Part shown: one piece after another, positions 40,364 through 50,141 of the stretch
Position numbering within the stretch: position 1 is the stretch's first letter
Layout of the letters: each line of letters starts with the position of its first letter
Source of the DNA: Bacteroidales bacterium
Lineage (GTDB): Bacteria; Bacteroidota; Bacteroidia; Bacteroidales; Dysgonomonadaceae
Direction: 5' to 3'
Length of the DNA: 53,675 nt
NCBI GenBank assembly: GCA_012840785.1
Contig: DUVZ01000083.1
Span: forward strand, 1-53,675
Made by a program: the position numbers and the translations under genes
Notes under the pieces: model-generated
Told to the model about the DNA's origin: nothing
What the model saw: the letters and a program-made list of their open reading frames with translations, nothing else
Databases searched by the model: none

Positions 40364-40536
40364 ATTTATCGAAAAAGTTATCAACAATTGTGTTAAACTA
40401 TACACAACCCTCATTATTAACACTTTAAATCACTTGAAAATAGAATGTAAATTTTGGAGTAATACCTATATCTAAAACATCACTCATAAAGTAAAGTAAA
40501 ATCAACACTTTATTTACTCAATAGCAGAGAGTTTAT

Positions 40537-40544
40537 TATATTTG
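40537..40544 (+). promoter_or_regulatory. Candidate -7 element (TATATTTG) for the acyltransferase pair
   Basis: Exact TAnnTTTG match 62 nt upstream of the ATG at 40606. Confidence 0.45.
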
Positions 40545-40605
40545 TAGTATTATGCAATAAAATTGTTACACTAAAGATTATAACTTTAAACGGGATATAA
40601 GAATT

Positions 40606-41427
40606 ATGAATCACAAAAACCCTAAAAAGCTTGATATTGATGCCGTATTAAAATCAAAGGCAAAAAATCATTACAACAAAATTCCCAAAGCAGCTATTAA
40701 CTATTTGAAACGAACAGTTCATCAAGATGAGCTAAATCATATTATAGAGACTTACCATGATAAGCATGGATCTGATTTTATGCAGGCATGTGTTGACTAC
40801 TTCAACCTAACCCTTCATATAAAAGGCGAAGAAAACCTACCAGAAACAGGCAAGTTTGTTTTTGTGAGCAATCATCCATTAGGTGGGCTAGATGGCATTT
40901 GTTTAGCTGCCATACTAGGAGCTAAATATGACAAGAAAATAAAATACTTAGTAAATGATATTTTATTGAACATAGAAAACTTAGAGTCTATATTTGTTCC
41001 AATAAACAAACACGGACCACAAGCCAAAGATTCTGTAAATGCTATGAATGAAGCTTATGAATCAGATAATCAAATCATCACCTTTCCCGCTGGATTGTGC
41101 TCGCGCAAACAGAAAGGGAAAATAAAAGATTTGGAGTGGGCTAAAAGCTTTGTAGTAAAAGCTAAAGCTTATAAAAGAGACATCATTCCAATACACTTTG
41201 AAGGAAGGAATTCCAATTTTTTTTATAACTTATCCAACCTTAGAATGAAATTTGGCATCAAGCTCAATATTGAAATGCTTTATTTGGCTGATGAGATGAT
41301 GAAAAAGAAAAATGCCGAATTTACAGTTACATTTGGCAAGCCTATTCCTTGGCAATCTCTCGATAGTAGCAAGAGACCAATACAATGGGCACAAGAGATT
41401 AAAGAGTCTGTTTATACTTTAAAATAG
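40606..41427 (+). CDS. Lysophospholipid/PlsC-like O-acyltransferase (GlsA-like)
   Basis: 273-aa ORF with the acyltransferase box VSNHPLGGLDG and FPAG.CSR. It lies 18 nt upstream of a GNAT N-acyltransferase gene, the pairing described for Bacteroidales glycine-lipid synthesis. Confidence 0.65.
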   Translation: MNHKNPKKLDIDAVLKSKAKNHYNKIPKAAINYLKRTVHQDELNHIIETYHDKHGSDFMQACVDYFNLTLHIKGEENLPETGKFVFVSNHPLGGLDGICLAAILGAKYDKKIKYLVNDILLNIENLESIFVPINKHGPQAKDSVNAMNEAYESDNQIITFPAGLCSRKQKGKIKDLEWAKSFVVKAKAYKRDIIPIHFEGRNSNFFYNLSNLRMKFGIKLNIEMLYLADEMMKKKNAEFTVTFGKPIPWQSLDSSKRPIQWAQEIKESVYTLK

Positions 41428-41445
41428 ATTTGAAAGGAAACAAAA

Positions 41446-42441
41446 ATGAAAAAGATAATCGACCCTGTTGATAAAAACTTAATAAAAAAAGAGCTTTCAA
41501 AAGATAAATTGATGCGTCCCACAAATAAAGCAAGCAACGAGCTTTATATATTTACGCATCATGATTCTCCCAACTTAATGTTGGAAGTAGGTCGACTTCG
41601 CGAAATTGCCTTTAGACACTATGGTGGAGGCACAGGAAAAGAAGCCGATATTGATAGGTATGACACAATGGATACACCCTATCGACAATTAATTGTGTGG
41701 GATCCGGAAGAGGAAGAGATCCTGGGTGGATATCGATTCCTTTGTGGAACAGATGTTGAATTTGACAAAAATGGGAAACCCATTCTTGCAACTGCTCATT
41801 TATTAAATTTCTCTCAAAAGTTTATCGACGAATACCTTCCGTATACTGTTGAGCTAGGTAGATCATTTGTTTCATTAGAATATCAATCTACACTCAGAAG
41901 CCGTAAAGGCATTTTTGCACTCGATAATTTATGGGATGGTCTTGGTGCACTATCGGTAATTGACCCTACCATAAAGTACTTTTTTGGCAAAGTAACAATG
42001 TATGGTACTTACAACAAAGATGCTCGCAATATGATACTTTACTTTATGCAAAAGCATTTTCCTGACAAGGACAAGCTAATCACCCCTATTGTACCTCTTG
42101 AAACCAACACTGACATAGCAAAGATGGAAGAGCTCTTTAATGGCAAAACTTTTAAAGAAGACTATAAAATCCTTAACCGAGAAGTTCGTGCACTAAAGTT
42201 AAGCATACCTCCACTAATAAATGCATACATGAGCCTTTCACCCACCATGCGTACTTTTGGAACATCCATAAACGATGAATTTGGTAATGTAGAAGAAACA
42301 GGTATTTTAATTGAAGAAGACGAAATTTTAGAAGATAAAAGAATTAGGCACATTGAGTCTTATTTGAAGAGTTTACCCACAAAAAGACTTATGAATAACT
42401 TAGCAAATCTTATAAAGGTTAACACAGGAAAACGCAAATAA
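41446..42441 (+). CDS. GNAT-family N-acyltransferase (OlsB/GlsB-like N-acyl amino acid synthase)
   Basis: 331-aa ORF with the ..LREIAFRHYGGGTGKE.DID.YD.. and ..ELGRSFV..EYQ.. patterns typical of the hemolysin-like/Acetyltransf_5 N-acyl amino acid synthases. Confidence 0.65.
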   Translation: MKKIIDPVDKNLIKKELSKDKLMRPTNKASNELYIFTHHDSPNLMLEVGRLREIAFRHYGGGTGKEADIDRYDTMDTPYRQLIVWDPEEEEILGGYRFLCGTDVEFDKNGKPILATAHLLNFSQKFIDEYLPYTVELGRSFVSLEYQSTLRSRKGIFALDNLWDGLGALSVIDPTIKYFFGKVTMYGTYNKDARNMILYFMQKHFPDKDKLITPIVPLETNTDIAKMEELFNGKTFKEDYKILNREVRALKLSIPPLINAYMSLSPTMRTFGTSINDEFGNVEETGILIEEDEILEDKRIRHIESYLKSLPTKRLMNNLANLIKVNTGKRK

Positions 42442-42559
42442 GAGCCTCGAATCGGTCAAACCTCCCTTTTTTAACAGTTGATAGCACCATTTGCAATCGA
42501 TTGCATCTTGTTATATTATAAAACATAGCATAATAAAACTATAACTCACCCAACATTGT

Positions 42560-42567
42560 TATATTTG
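42560..42567 (+). promoter_or_regulatory. Candidate -7 element (TATATTTG) for the PUL
   Basis: Exact TAnnTTTG match 122 nt upstream of the susC ATG. Confidence 0.4.
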
Positions 42568-42688
42568 CATTGAGTACTTCTTGTTATAATGCAGAAAAGC
42601 AAACAATTAACCTTTACCAATCTGCAAATACTAGAAGCAAAACTGATTGTATAATTAATTATTTAGTTAATCTTATAAAGTTAACAAT

Positions 42689-45600
42689 ATGAATTTAATC
42701 TTTAAAAAAAGCAGTAAGGTATTCCTGATGACATTACTATCGGGTTTACTAATGATTGTATCTGTAACTGCCCAGACAGGGACAAATATCAATGTTCGGG
42801 GAACAGTAACGGATATTGCAGGCGAACCATTAATTGGCGTCAACATCCTAATAAAGGGCACCTCATTGGGTACAGTTACCGATTTTGATGGTAACTTTAC
42901 ATTACAAGCTCCATCTAATGGAGTGCTAGATGTAAGTTATATTGGATTTAGATCACAATCTATTCCTGTTAATAACAGAACAAGCATTCGAATAGTAATG
43001 GAAGACGACACGGAACTTCTAGATGAAGTTGTTGTGATTGGTTATGGAACAGTGAAAAAGGAGGATGCAACAGGCTCTGTAACGGCTGTTGATGCAACCA
43101 AACTAAACAGAGGCTTGGCAACATCTCCCTCTGAGTTACTAGCAGGAAAAGTTGCTGGTATGAGTGTAGTATCATCAGGCGGAGCACCAGGATCAGCTGC
43201 TAGTATTAGAATTCGTGGAGGTTCCTCTATGTCGGCTAGCAATGATCCACTAATAGTTATAGACGGTGTGCCTGTAGATAACGCCAGTGGAATAAGTGGC
43301 ATGTCCGACCCACTAAGCACTATCAACTCGATGGATATTGAGACTTTTACAGTTCTTAAGGATGCTTCAGCCACCGCTATTTATGGTTCACGTGCATCAA
43401 ACGGTGTAATTATTATCACCACTAAAAAAGGACACGCAGGTAAAGTGAAGCTATCATACAGTGGAAATGTATCTATAAGTAGCAAAACTGGTACAGTAGA
43501 TGTGATGGATGCACCTACTTTCAGAAATTATGTAACTAACTCTTTTGGAGAAGGCAGTCCACAAGTTGCTGCACTAGGCAATACAGAAACTAACTGGCAA
43601 GATCAAATTTTCAGAACAGCCATTAGTACAGACCACAACTTGAGTGCTTCTGGATCTATTGGTGAGAACTTACCTTATCGTGCATCTATAGGATATACCA
43701 ACGAGAATGGTATCTTGAAAACTTCAAACCTTGAAAGATATACAGGGAGCATCAATCTTTCGCCAAGCTTTTTTGATGGCGACCTTAGAGTACAATTGAA
43801 TGCAAGAGGAATGTATAACTCTAACCGCTTTGCGGATCAAGGAGCTATAAACTCTGCTACACAGTTTGACCCTACAATGCCTATCTATTCCGAAACAAAC
43901 TCTTCTTATGGAAATGGCTATCATATGTCGTTGAAAGCAGACGGAACACCTATCGATATTGGATTAGCAAACCCTCTTGCTATTCTAGATCAGAAATATG
44001 ATAAGTCGGAAGTATTTAGAAGTATTGGAAACATTCAGTTGGATTATAGAATGCCATTTCTAAGAGATTTAAGAGCTAACCTCAACTTAGGTTATGATGT
44101 TTCGAAAAGTGATGGCGATGTAATTATTATGGATAACTCACCTATGAGCTATACTTGGGGTAATTACAAAGCAGGATGGGGAGAAAACACCACGTATAGT
44201 CAAAAAAAGAGCAATACACTGCTTGACTTCTATCTTAACTACAATAAAGAGTTAAACATACATCGCTTCGACGTAATGGGTGGGTACTCATGGCAAAGAT
44301 TCTATAATGAGTCGGACAATAGCTACCCATATTCTGATGAAATGTTTTCAAAAACAGGTGATGAGTTTTACAAAGAACCAAACGAATACTCTACAGAGAG
44401 TTTTGTGGTATCTTTCTTTGGACGACTAAACTACTCATTGCTCGATCGTTATTTAATGACATTTACACTAAGAAATGACGGATCTTCTCGCTTCAGCCCA
44501 GATAATCAATGGGGTCTTTTCCCATCAGCAGCTTTGGCTTGGAAGATTATCAACGAACCCTTCATGGAAGGTGCAGGGGATGTGATGTCAGATTTAAAAC
44601 TACGTTTGGGTTATGGTGTTACAGGACAGCAAAACCTAGGAAGTGGCGACTATCCTTGGATGGGAAGATATAGCTATAGCCAAACAGGTGCTAACTATTT
44701 CTTTGGCGACCAAATGATTTCGCTTATTCGTCCACTTGCATACGATGAAAACTTAAAGTGGGAAGAAACAACCACTATCAATGGAGGATTAGATTATGGT
44801 TTCTTGAACAACCGTATCAGCGGATCTTTCGATGTTTACTATCGTAAAACAACAGACCTGTTAAATACTGTTGGTATAGCAGCTGGAACTAACTTTAGCA
44901 ACCAACTCCTTACAAACGTTGGAGAACTTGTAAACAAAGGTGCAGAATTCACCATCACAGGCAGACCAATAGTAAGCAAGGATTTGAATTGGAGTTTAAG
45001 TTACAACGTTAGCTATAACAAGAATGAGATTACAAAACTAACCATCAACGATGACCCTAGTTACGTAGGTGTACGCTTTGGCGGAATTGATGGTGGTACA
45101 GGAAACAACATTGCAATTCACAGTGTTGGATATCCAGCAGGTTCATTCTATGTATATGAACAAGTATATAATAATGATGGTAACCCAATTGAAGGTGTTT
45201 TTGTAGATCAAAATGCTGACGGCGTTATTAATGAGAAAGACCTTATCGTTTATAAGAATGCAGCTCCAGATGTTTACATGGGATTGTCATCACAACTCTC
45301 GTATAAAAACTGGGACTTCAACTTCTCTTTGAGAGCCAACATTGGAAATTATGCTTACAATAACATCCAATCGAATCGTGAATCAAAAAATACTACCTAC
45401 GACCCATCTGGTTGGTTAAAAAACAGAGTTAACAGTGCTACTGAAACTAATTTTGATGCAGTGCATTATCTCTCTAGTCATTATATTCAAGATGCTTCTT
45501 TCCTAAAAATGGATAACATCTCTGTAGGATACAACTTCGACAAATTGTTTAATCAACAACACTCTGGAAAAGTATTTATTACTGTACAAAACCCGTTAGT

Positions 45601-45709
45601 ATTATCAAAATATGACGGACTTGACCCTGAGTTCACCAACAATGGGATTGACAATAATATCTATCCTCACCCACGTGTATTTATCTTGGGTTTCAATTTA
45701 AATTTTTAA
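42689..45709 (+). CDS. susC: SusC/RagA-family TonB-linked outer-membrane transporter
   Basis: 1006-aa ORF with a signal peptide, a carboxypeptidase-regulatory-like domain (VRGTVTDIAGEPLIGVNILIKGTSLGTVTDFDGNFTL), a plug with IRIRG.SS and ASATAIYGSRASNGVIIITTKKG, and a barrel ending ..GFNLNF. Confidence 0.97.
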   Translation: MNLIFKKSSKVFLMTLLSGLLMIVSVTAQTGTNINVRGTVTDIAGEPLIGVNILIKGTSLGTVTDFDGNFTLQAPSNGVLDVSYIGFRSQSIPVNNRTSIRIVMEDDTELLDEVVVIGYGTVKKEDATGSVTAVDATKLNRGLATSPSELLAGKVAGMSVVSSGGAPGSAASIRIRGGSSMSASNDPLIVIDGVPVDNASGISGMSDPLSTINSMDIETFTVLKDASATAIYGSRASNGVIIITTKKGHAGKVKLSYSGNVSISSKTGTVDVMDAPTFRNYVTNSFGEGSPQVAALGNTETNWQDQIFRTAISTDHNLSASGSIGENLPYRASIGYTNENGILKTSNLERYTGSINLSPSFFDGDLRVQLNARGMYNSNRFADQGAINSATQFDPTMPIYSETNSSYGNGYHMSLKADGTPIDIGLANPLAILDQKYDKSEVFRSIGNIQLDYRMPFLRDLRANLNLGYDVSKSDGDVIIMDNSPMSYTWGNYKAGWGENTTYSQKKSNTLLDFYLNYNKELNIHRFDVMGGYSWQRFYNESDNSYPYSDEMFSKTGDEFYKEPNEYSTESFVVSFFGRLNYSLLDRYLMTFTLRNDGSSRFSPDNQWGLFPSAALAWKIINEPFMEGAGDVMSDLKLRLGYGVTGQQNLGSGDYPWMGRYSYSQTGANYFFGDQMISLIRPLAYDENLKWEETTTINGGLDYGFLNNRISGSFDVYYRKTTDLLNTVGIAAGTNFSNQLLTNVGELVNKGAEFTITGRPIVSKDLNWSLSYNVSYNKNEITKLTINDDPSYVGVRFGGIDGGTGNNIAIHSVGYPAGSFYVYEQVYNNDGNPIEGVFVDQNADGVINEKDLIVYKNAAPDVYMGLSSQLSYKNWDFNFSLRANIGNYAYNNIQSNRESKNTTYDPSGWLKNRVNSATETNFDAVHYLSSHYIQDASFLKMDNISVGYNFDKLFNQQHSGKVFITVQNPLVLSKYDGLDPEFTNNGIDNNIYPHPRVFILGFNLNF

Positions 45710-45720
45710 TCTAGAAAAGT

Positions 45721-47346
45721 ATGAAAACAGCAAAATATAAAATACTATTGATTGTTGCAATCAGCATTATGATTGCCGGGTTTGCATCCTGTACCGACGA
45801 TCTCAACACTATACCACTAGACGAAAAAGAGTTAGTATCGGAAGTGGTATTTGGAAGTGAAATTAAACCTTATCAAGAATTGCTAGCAAAGATTTATGCA
45901 GGTCTTGCAATTAGTGGTAATAGTGGTGGCGATGGCGACCCTGATGTGGCAGGTGTAGATGGCGGTAGCCAAGCATCTTTCTTAAGAGGATTATGGAATC
46001 TTCAACAGCTTCCCACCGATGAAGCACACTGTGCATGGAATGATGTGGGTATACCAGATTTAAACTACAACACATGGACATCAAACAATGTGTTTATTAA
46101 AGGTTTCTACTATCGTTTATACTATCAAATCAACTTGGCTAACGCCCTGTTGAGAGAGACAACCGAAGATGTATTGAATAGTAGAGGTGTAAGTGCTGGT
46201 GATCAAGCAGAAATTGTACACTATCGTGCAGAAGCTCGCTTCCATCGTGCATTAGCATACTACTATCTACTAGATATGTTTAGAAACGTACCGTTTGTAA
46301 ACGAAGAGAGCCCAGTTGGAAGTACACTTCCGCCTCAAATTATGGCTGCTGACCTATTCGATTACATAGAAAAAGAACTTCTTGCATGCGAAGCAGATAT
46401 GCTTGACCCATTTGTAGGTTACAATTCTACCCATTATGGACGTGCACACAAAGCTGCCAACTGGTCATTGCTTTCACGCTTATACCTCAATGCTGAAGCT
46501 TACATCGGTGTAAACAAATACACAGAAAGTATTACATACAGCAAGAAGGTAATCGATTTAAGCTATGAACTAGAGCCTGTTTATGCAAATCTTTTCAAAG
46601 CAGACAACAATAAATCTAATGAGATTATTTTCCCTATTCGTTATGAAGGAGAAGATACTCAAACATGGGGAGGTATGACCTTCTTATTGTCAGCTATGCA
46701 GCCATCAGAGCTTCAAGATGAGATAAATGCTGTAGGTGCATGGCAAGGTAATCGTGCAACGAGTGCATTATTAAAAACATTTGAACGTGAGTATAAACAT
46801 GAAACAGATACTCGTTTCTCTATGTTGCGTCTCGATTATACAGACAATGTAGAGATTGTAGACCCATCTGTTTTTACCAACAATGGAATTCCTGTTGTTA
46901 AGTACTCAAACAGAAACAGTGATGGCACATTGCCTCCAAGCAATATTGCCTATACCGACTTCCCACTATTCAGATTGGGTGAGATTTATCTCAACTATGC
47001 AGAAGCAGTATTAAGAGGTGGTTCTGGTGGTGATAATGCAACAGCACTTCAGTTGGTTAACAACCTTCGAAAACGCGGTTACAATGGTGACAATGCAGCA
47101 ACTCTAACAGCTGGTGAGCTTGATTTAGACTATATACTAGACGAGAGAGGACGCGAATTCTTTTATGAAGGACAACGTCGCACCGACCTTGTTCGTTATA
47201 ACAAACTCTCAGGCTCGTCTTACATATGGCCATGGAAAGGCAGCGTGCCTGAAGGAAGATCAGTTGGAGAGTACCTAAACATATTCCCAATACCAGCAGA
47301 TGATATAGGAGCTAACGAAAACCTACAACAGAACACAGGTTATTGA
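45721..47346 (+). CDS. susD: SusD/RagB-family nutrient-binding lipoprotein
   Basis: Lipobox GFASC. It lies 11 nt after susC and has TPR-like SusD motifs (..RAEARFHRALAYYYLLDMF.., ..RGREFFYEGQRR.DL.RY). Confidence 0.95.
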   Translation: MKTAKYKILLIVAISIMIAGFASCTDDLNTIPLDEKELVSEVVFGSEIKPYQELLAKIYAGLAISGNSGGDGDPDVAGVDGGSQASFLRGLWNLQQLPTDEAHCAWNDVGIPDLNYNTWTSNNVFIKGFYYRLYYQINLANALLRETTEDVLNSRGVSAGDQAEIVHYRAEARFHRALAYYYLLDMFRNVPFVNEESPVGSTLPPQIMAADLFDYIEKELLACEADMLDPFVGYNSTHYGRAHKAANWSLLSRLYLNAEAYIGVNKYTESITYSKKVIDLSYELEPVYANLFKADNNKSNEIIFPIRYEGEDTQTWGGMTFLLSAMQPSELQDEINAVGAWQGNRATSALLKTFEREYKHETDTRFSMLRLDYTDNVEIVDPSVFTNNGIPVVKYSNRNSDGTLPPSNIAYTDFPLFRLGEIYLNYAEAVLRGGSGGDNATALQLVNNLRKRGYNGDNAATLTAGELDLDYILDERGREFFYEGQRRTDLVRYNKLSGSSYIWPWKGSVPEGRSVGEYLNIFPIPADDIGANENLQQNTGY

Positions 47347-47373
47347 TAATAAAATAAATCTCTAAAAGAAGAA

Positions 47374-48519
47374 ATGATGAAGAAAATATATAATATCATA
47401 ATACTAATAACCTTATTTGGATTCTTTTGGTCGTGCCAAGATGATGATAAGGTTGTTCTTCAGCAACCAACGAGCTTTGTGCTCAACACACCCAAGTATG
47501 TATCGGGTATATATGATCTGAAGAATACAGAAAGTATCGAGTTTACCACTTCTCAACCTGACTACGGCTTCACGGCTGCAGCTATCTATAGAGTAGAGGT
47601 TTCTCTTTCGCAAGACTTTAACGATTACGTAACATTGAGTGGCAGCCATAACACTGCAAAATTTACAATCGATGCAGCCGATTTGGCTTTAACATTAGTT
47701 GGAATGCATGAGGTAACAGAAGAAGCTGACTATCCTGCAGATCCTCACCCTCTCTATGTACGCCTATCATCTAGACTCAACGAGAAGGATGCTGGGAAAG
47801 TTTACTCAAATGTAATTACCCTACCACAAGTAAAAGGATTCTTTGCACTTGATCCAGTTTTGATGCCCGAAAACATGTACATGATTGGAAATGTTGCTGG
47901 CGACTGGAATTGGGATAATGCAACTGTGATGATACCTGTATGGGGTACACCTGGCAAATTCTGGGCAGTGCAATACCTAGGACAAACTGGTGATGGAGAC
48001 AACGCAGAAATTAAATTCAACGTAGAAAAAGATTGGAATGACAGCGCCTTTGGCTTTAGCGAAGCAACTATCAACGCTGAAAGCACTGCTGATATAACAG
48101 TTTCTGATGCTGGTGGAAATATTGGCATAGATTCTCCAGGATGGTACATTGTGGTAGTAACCACAACTATCGAAGGACGCGCATATGAGTATGCTGTTGA
48201 CTTCCATCCTCCATATGTACAACTACAAGGTGAAACAGCTGCCGGTAATTGGGATACAACCGATGAAAAATATCGTTTCAGTGTACCCGAACTATCGGAA
48301 GGTGCCGATGCTCCATTTATATCACCCGCATTCACAAATACTGGTGAGATACGTACTAGCATCAAACTACCTGGACACGAGTGGTGGCACACTGAGTTCC
48401 TAGTATTCGATGGTGTTTTTGTACCACGCGCTACAGGAGACGACCAAGATCGTATAATTGGAAATGCAGGACAGAAACTACACATTAACTTTACTACCAG
48501 AAGTGGTAAAATAGAATAA
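47374..48519 (+). CDS. SusE-like outer-membrane lipoprotein
   Basis: Lipobox FFWSC. It has a SusE-type N-terminal domain (..FVLNTP....IYDL.....IEFTTSQPDYGF.AAAIY.VEVS...F) and a C-terminal CBM-like beta-sandwich segment. It sits in the third position of the PUL. Confidence 0.8.
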   Translation: MMKKIYNIIILITLFGFFWSCQDDDKVVLQQPTSFVLNTPKYVSGIYDLKNTESIEFTTSQPDYGFTAAAIYRVEVSLSQDFNDYVTLSGSHNTAKFTIDAADLALTLVGMHEVTEEADYPADPHPLYVRLSSRLNEKDAGKVYSNVITLPQVKGFFALDPVLMPENMYMIGNVAGDWNWDNATVMIPVWGTPGKFWAVQYLGQTGDGDNAEIKFNVEKDWNDSAFGFSEATINAESTADITVSDAGGNIGIDSPGWYIVVVTTTIEGRAYEYAVDFHPPYVQLQGETAAGNWDTTDEKYRFSVPELSEGADAPFISPAFTNTGEIRTSIKLPGHEWWHTEFLVFDGVFVPRATGDDQDRIIGNAGQKLHINFTTRSGKIE

Positions 48520-48531
48520 CATAGTAAATTG

Positions 48532-48566
48532 AAAACCCCTCTCAAGAAAGAGGAGGTTTTCCATTT
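48532..48566 (+). terminator. Imperfect hairpin plus T-tract between the SusE-like and SusF-like genes
   Basis: aaaacccctctc-aagaaa-gaggaggtttt, followed by ccattt. The stem has an internal mismatch. It may be an attenuator or processing site rather than a full terminator. Confidence 0.35.
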
Positions 48567-48584
48567 ATAAAAAAATAAAATCGT

Positions 48585-50012
48585 ATGAAAAATAAAATAT
48601 ATCTATTAGCCAGCCTGCTAGCTGTATTATTCTTTGCCTCGTGTGATGATGTTTATGATCATGTGGCAGAGCCACCACAGTCTTATGAGCAGGAAAACGA
48701 ACAGACAGTAAACGGATTTTCCTTTACCCTTGGCTCCGACATAAGTAATGCTGTTATTTTTACAGAAGACGACCTAATGTCGGAAACTCCTATAAGAGTG
48801 ATTGAAACCACTGCAACTCCTGAAATGGCAGAAGGTGCTACATTAAAGTTTGTTGTAGAAGCTTCCGATACGGAAGAGTTTACCAAAACAGTAGAACTAC
48901 CTTCAAAATCTGATGAAGACAATGCTGTTATTACTACAGCCTACGACTTAAACGAGGTAGTAAAGAGCCTCTACGGAAAAGCTCCTAATGCACGTGACAT
49001 ATTTCTACGTGCAACATTCTACATTGTTGATGGCACCACTTCCTCGCTAATGCCCAATCCCGTGGTATTAGGACCAGCCTCTGTCACACCAGTAGCTCCA
49101 ATAATTGAAACAGAATACTATCTAATTGGAGATATCAATGGTTGGAACATTGAGAACTTGGATGACTACAAGTTCGACCATAGTGGCAAGGATGTGTATG
49201 AAGATCCAATCTTTACAATTTTAGTAAATAACGTTCAAGGTTATTTCAAAATTGTTCCTAAGTCAAGCAAAGATGCTGCATCATGGGAAGGTGTGATGGG
49301 TAACCCAATAGATGGTAACACCGATTTAGAAGGCGATATTATCATAGAAGACTCTCAAGCTATGCAAGTTACTGAACCAGGTTGGGTGAAAATTACTCTA
49401 AACATGATGGAGTATACCTATAGTATTGAGATTATTGGCGAAATGGCACTTGAGCTTTATGTTCCTGGTGGTCATCAAGGATGGGATCCCGGATCAGCTC
49501 CTTCGCTTTACAACCGCAATTTCGATTTCAAATATAACGGGTTTGTTTACTTCGGAGAAGACAATACAGAATTCAAGTTTACCACAGAACGCAATTGGGA
49601 TGGACCAGCTTATGGTGACGGTGGCGATGGAACACTCTCTTCCGATGGTGGCAACTTAGTAGCAAGTGAAGCTGGAATGTACAAAATTGATGTAGACCTA
49701 TCTGGTAGTCCAGTATACTCAATGGTGAAAACTGAATGGGGATTAATTGGCGATGCTACAGAAGGAGGTTGGGACAATTCTACACCTATGACCTATGACC
49801 CAGAAACAGCACTTTGGACTGTTACCACCACACTAGGTACGGGGGAATTCAAATTCCGTGCAAATGATGGTTGGGACATTAACCTAGGAGGCGATATCAA
49901 CAATCTATCTTTTGGTGCCGACAACATACCAGTTACCGAAGAAGGAACTTATGAAATTTCACTCGATCTTTCAGACTCTAAGCAGTTTAAAGGAACGATT
50001 GTGAAACTATAA
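48585..50012 (+). CDS. SusF/SusE-family surface glycan-binding lipoprotein
   Basis: Lipobox FFASC. It has tandem CBM-like modules with repeated ..IGD.NGW../..EWGLIGDATEGGWDNSTPMTYD....W.....L..GEFKFRANDGWD.NLG patterns typical of starch-binding SusE/F domains. Confidence 0.8.
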   Translation: MKNKIYLLASLLAVLFFASCDDVYDHVAEPPQSYEQENEQTVNGFSFTLGSDISNAVIFTEDDLMSETPIRVIETTATPEMAEGATLKFVVEASDTEEFTKTVELPSKSDEDNAVITTAYDLNEVVKSLYGKAPNARDIFLRATFYIVDGTTSSLMPNPVVLGPASVTPVAPIIETEYYLIGDINGWNIENLDDYKFDHSGKDVYEDPIFTILVNNVQGYFKIVPKSSKDAASWEGVMGNPIDGNTDLEGDIIIEDSQAMQVTEPGWVKITLNMMEYTYSIEIIGEMALELYVPGGHQGWDPGSAPSLYNRNFDFKYNGFVYFGEDNTEFKFTTERNWDGPAYGDGGDGTLSSDGGNLVASEAGMYKIDVDLSGSPVYSMVKTEWGLIGDATEGGWDNSTPMTYDPETALWTVTTTLGTGEFKFRANDGWDINLGGDINNLSFGADNIPVTEEGTYEISLDLSDSKQFKGTIVKL

Positions 50013-50026
50013 TATGATACTTAATT

Positions 50027-50060
50027 AAAAAAACACGGCAGTTGTATGCCGTGTTTTTTT
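50027..50060 (+). terminator. Strong rho-independent terminator after the SusF-like gene
   Basis: acacggca-gttgta-tgccgtgt, followed by ttttttt. Confidence 0.8.
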
Positions 50061-50141
50061 ATCTCTTCCCAATAATACATATAACTTATACTATAAATAA
50101 AACTACCCAAGTAATTCAAATTACAACAACAAAGCTGCCAA

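Noticed and set aside
47802-48545. 247-aa antisense ORF covering most of the SusE-like gene
   Set aside because: The product is low-complexity and Ser/Pro/Cys-rich, with no motifs. It overlaps a well-supported lipoprotein gene in the expected PUL position, so it is a typical shadow ORF.
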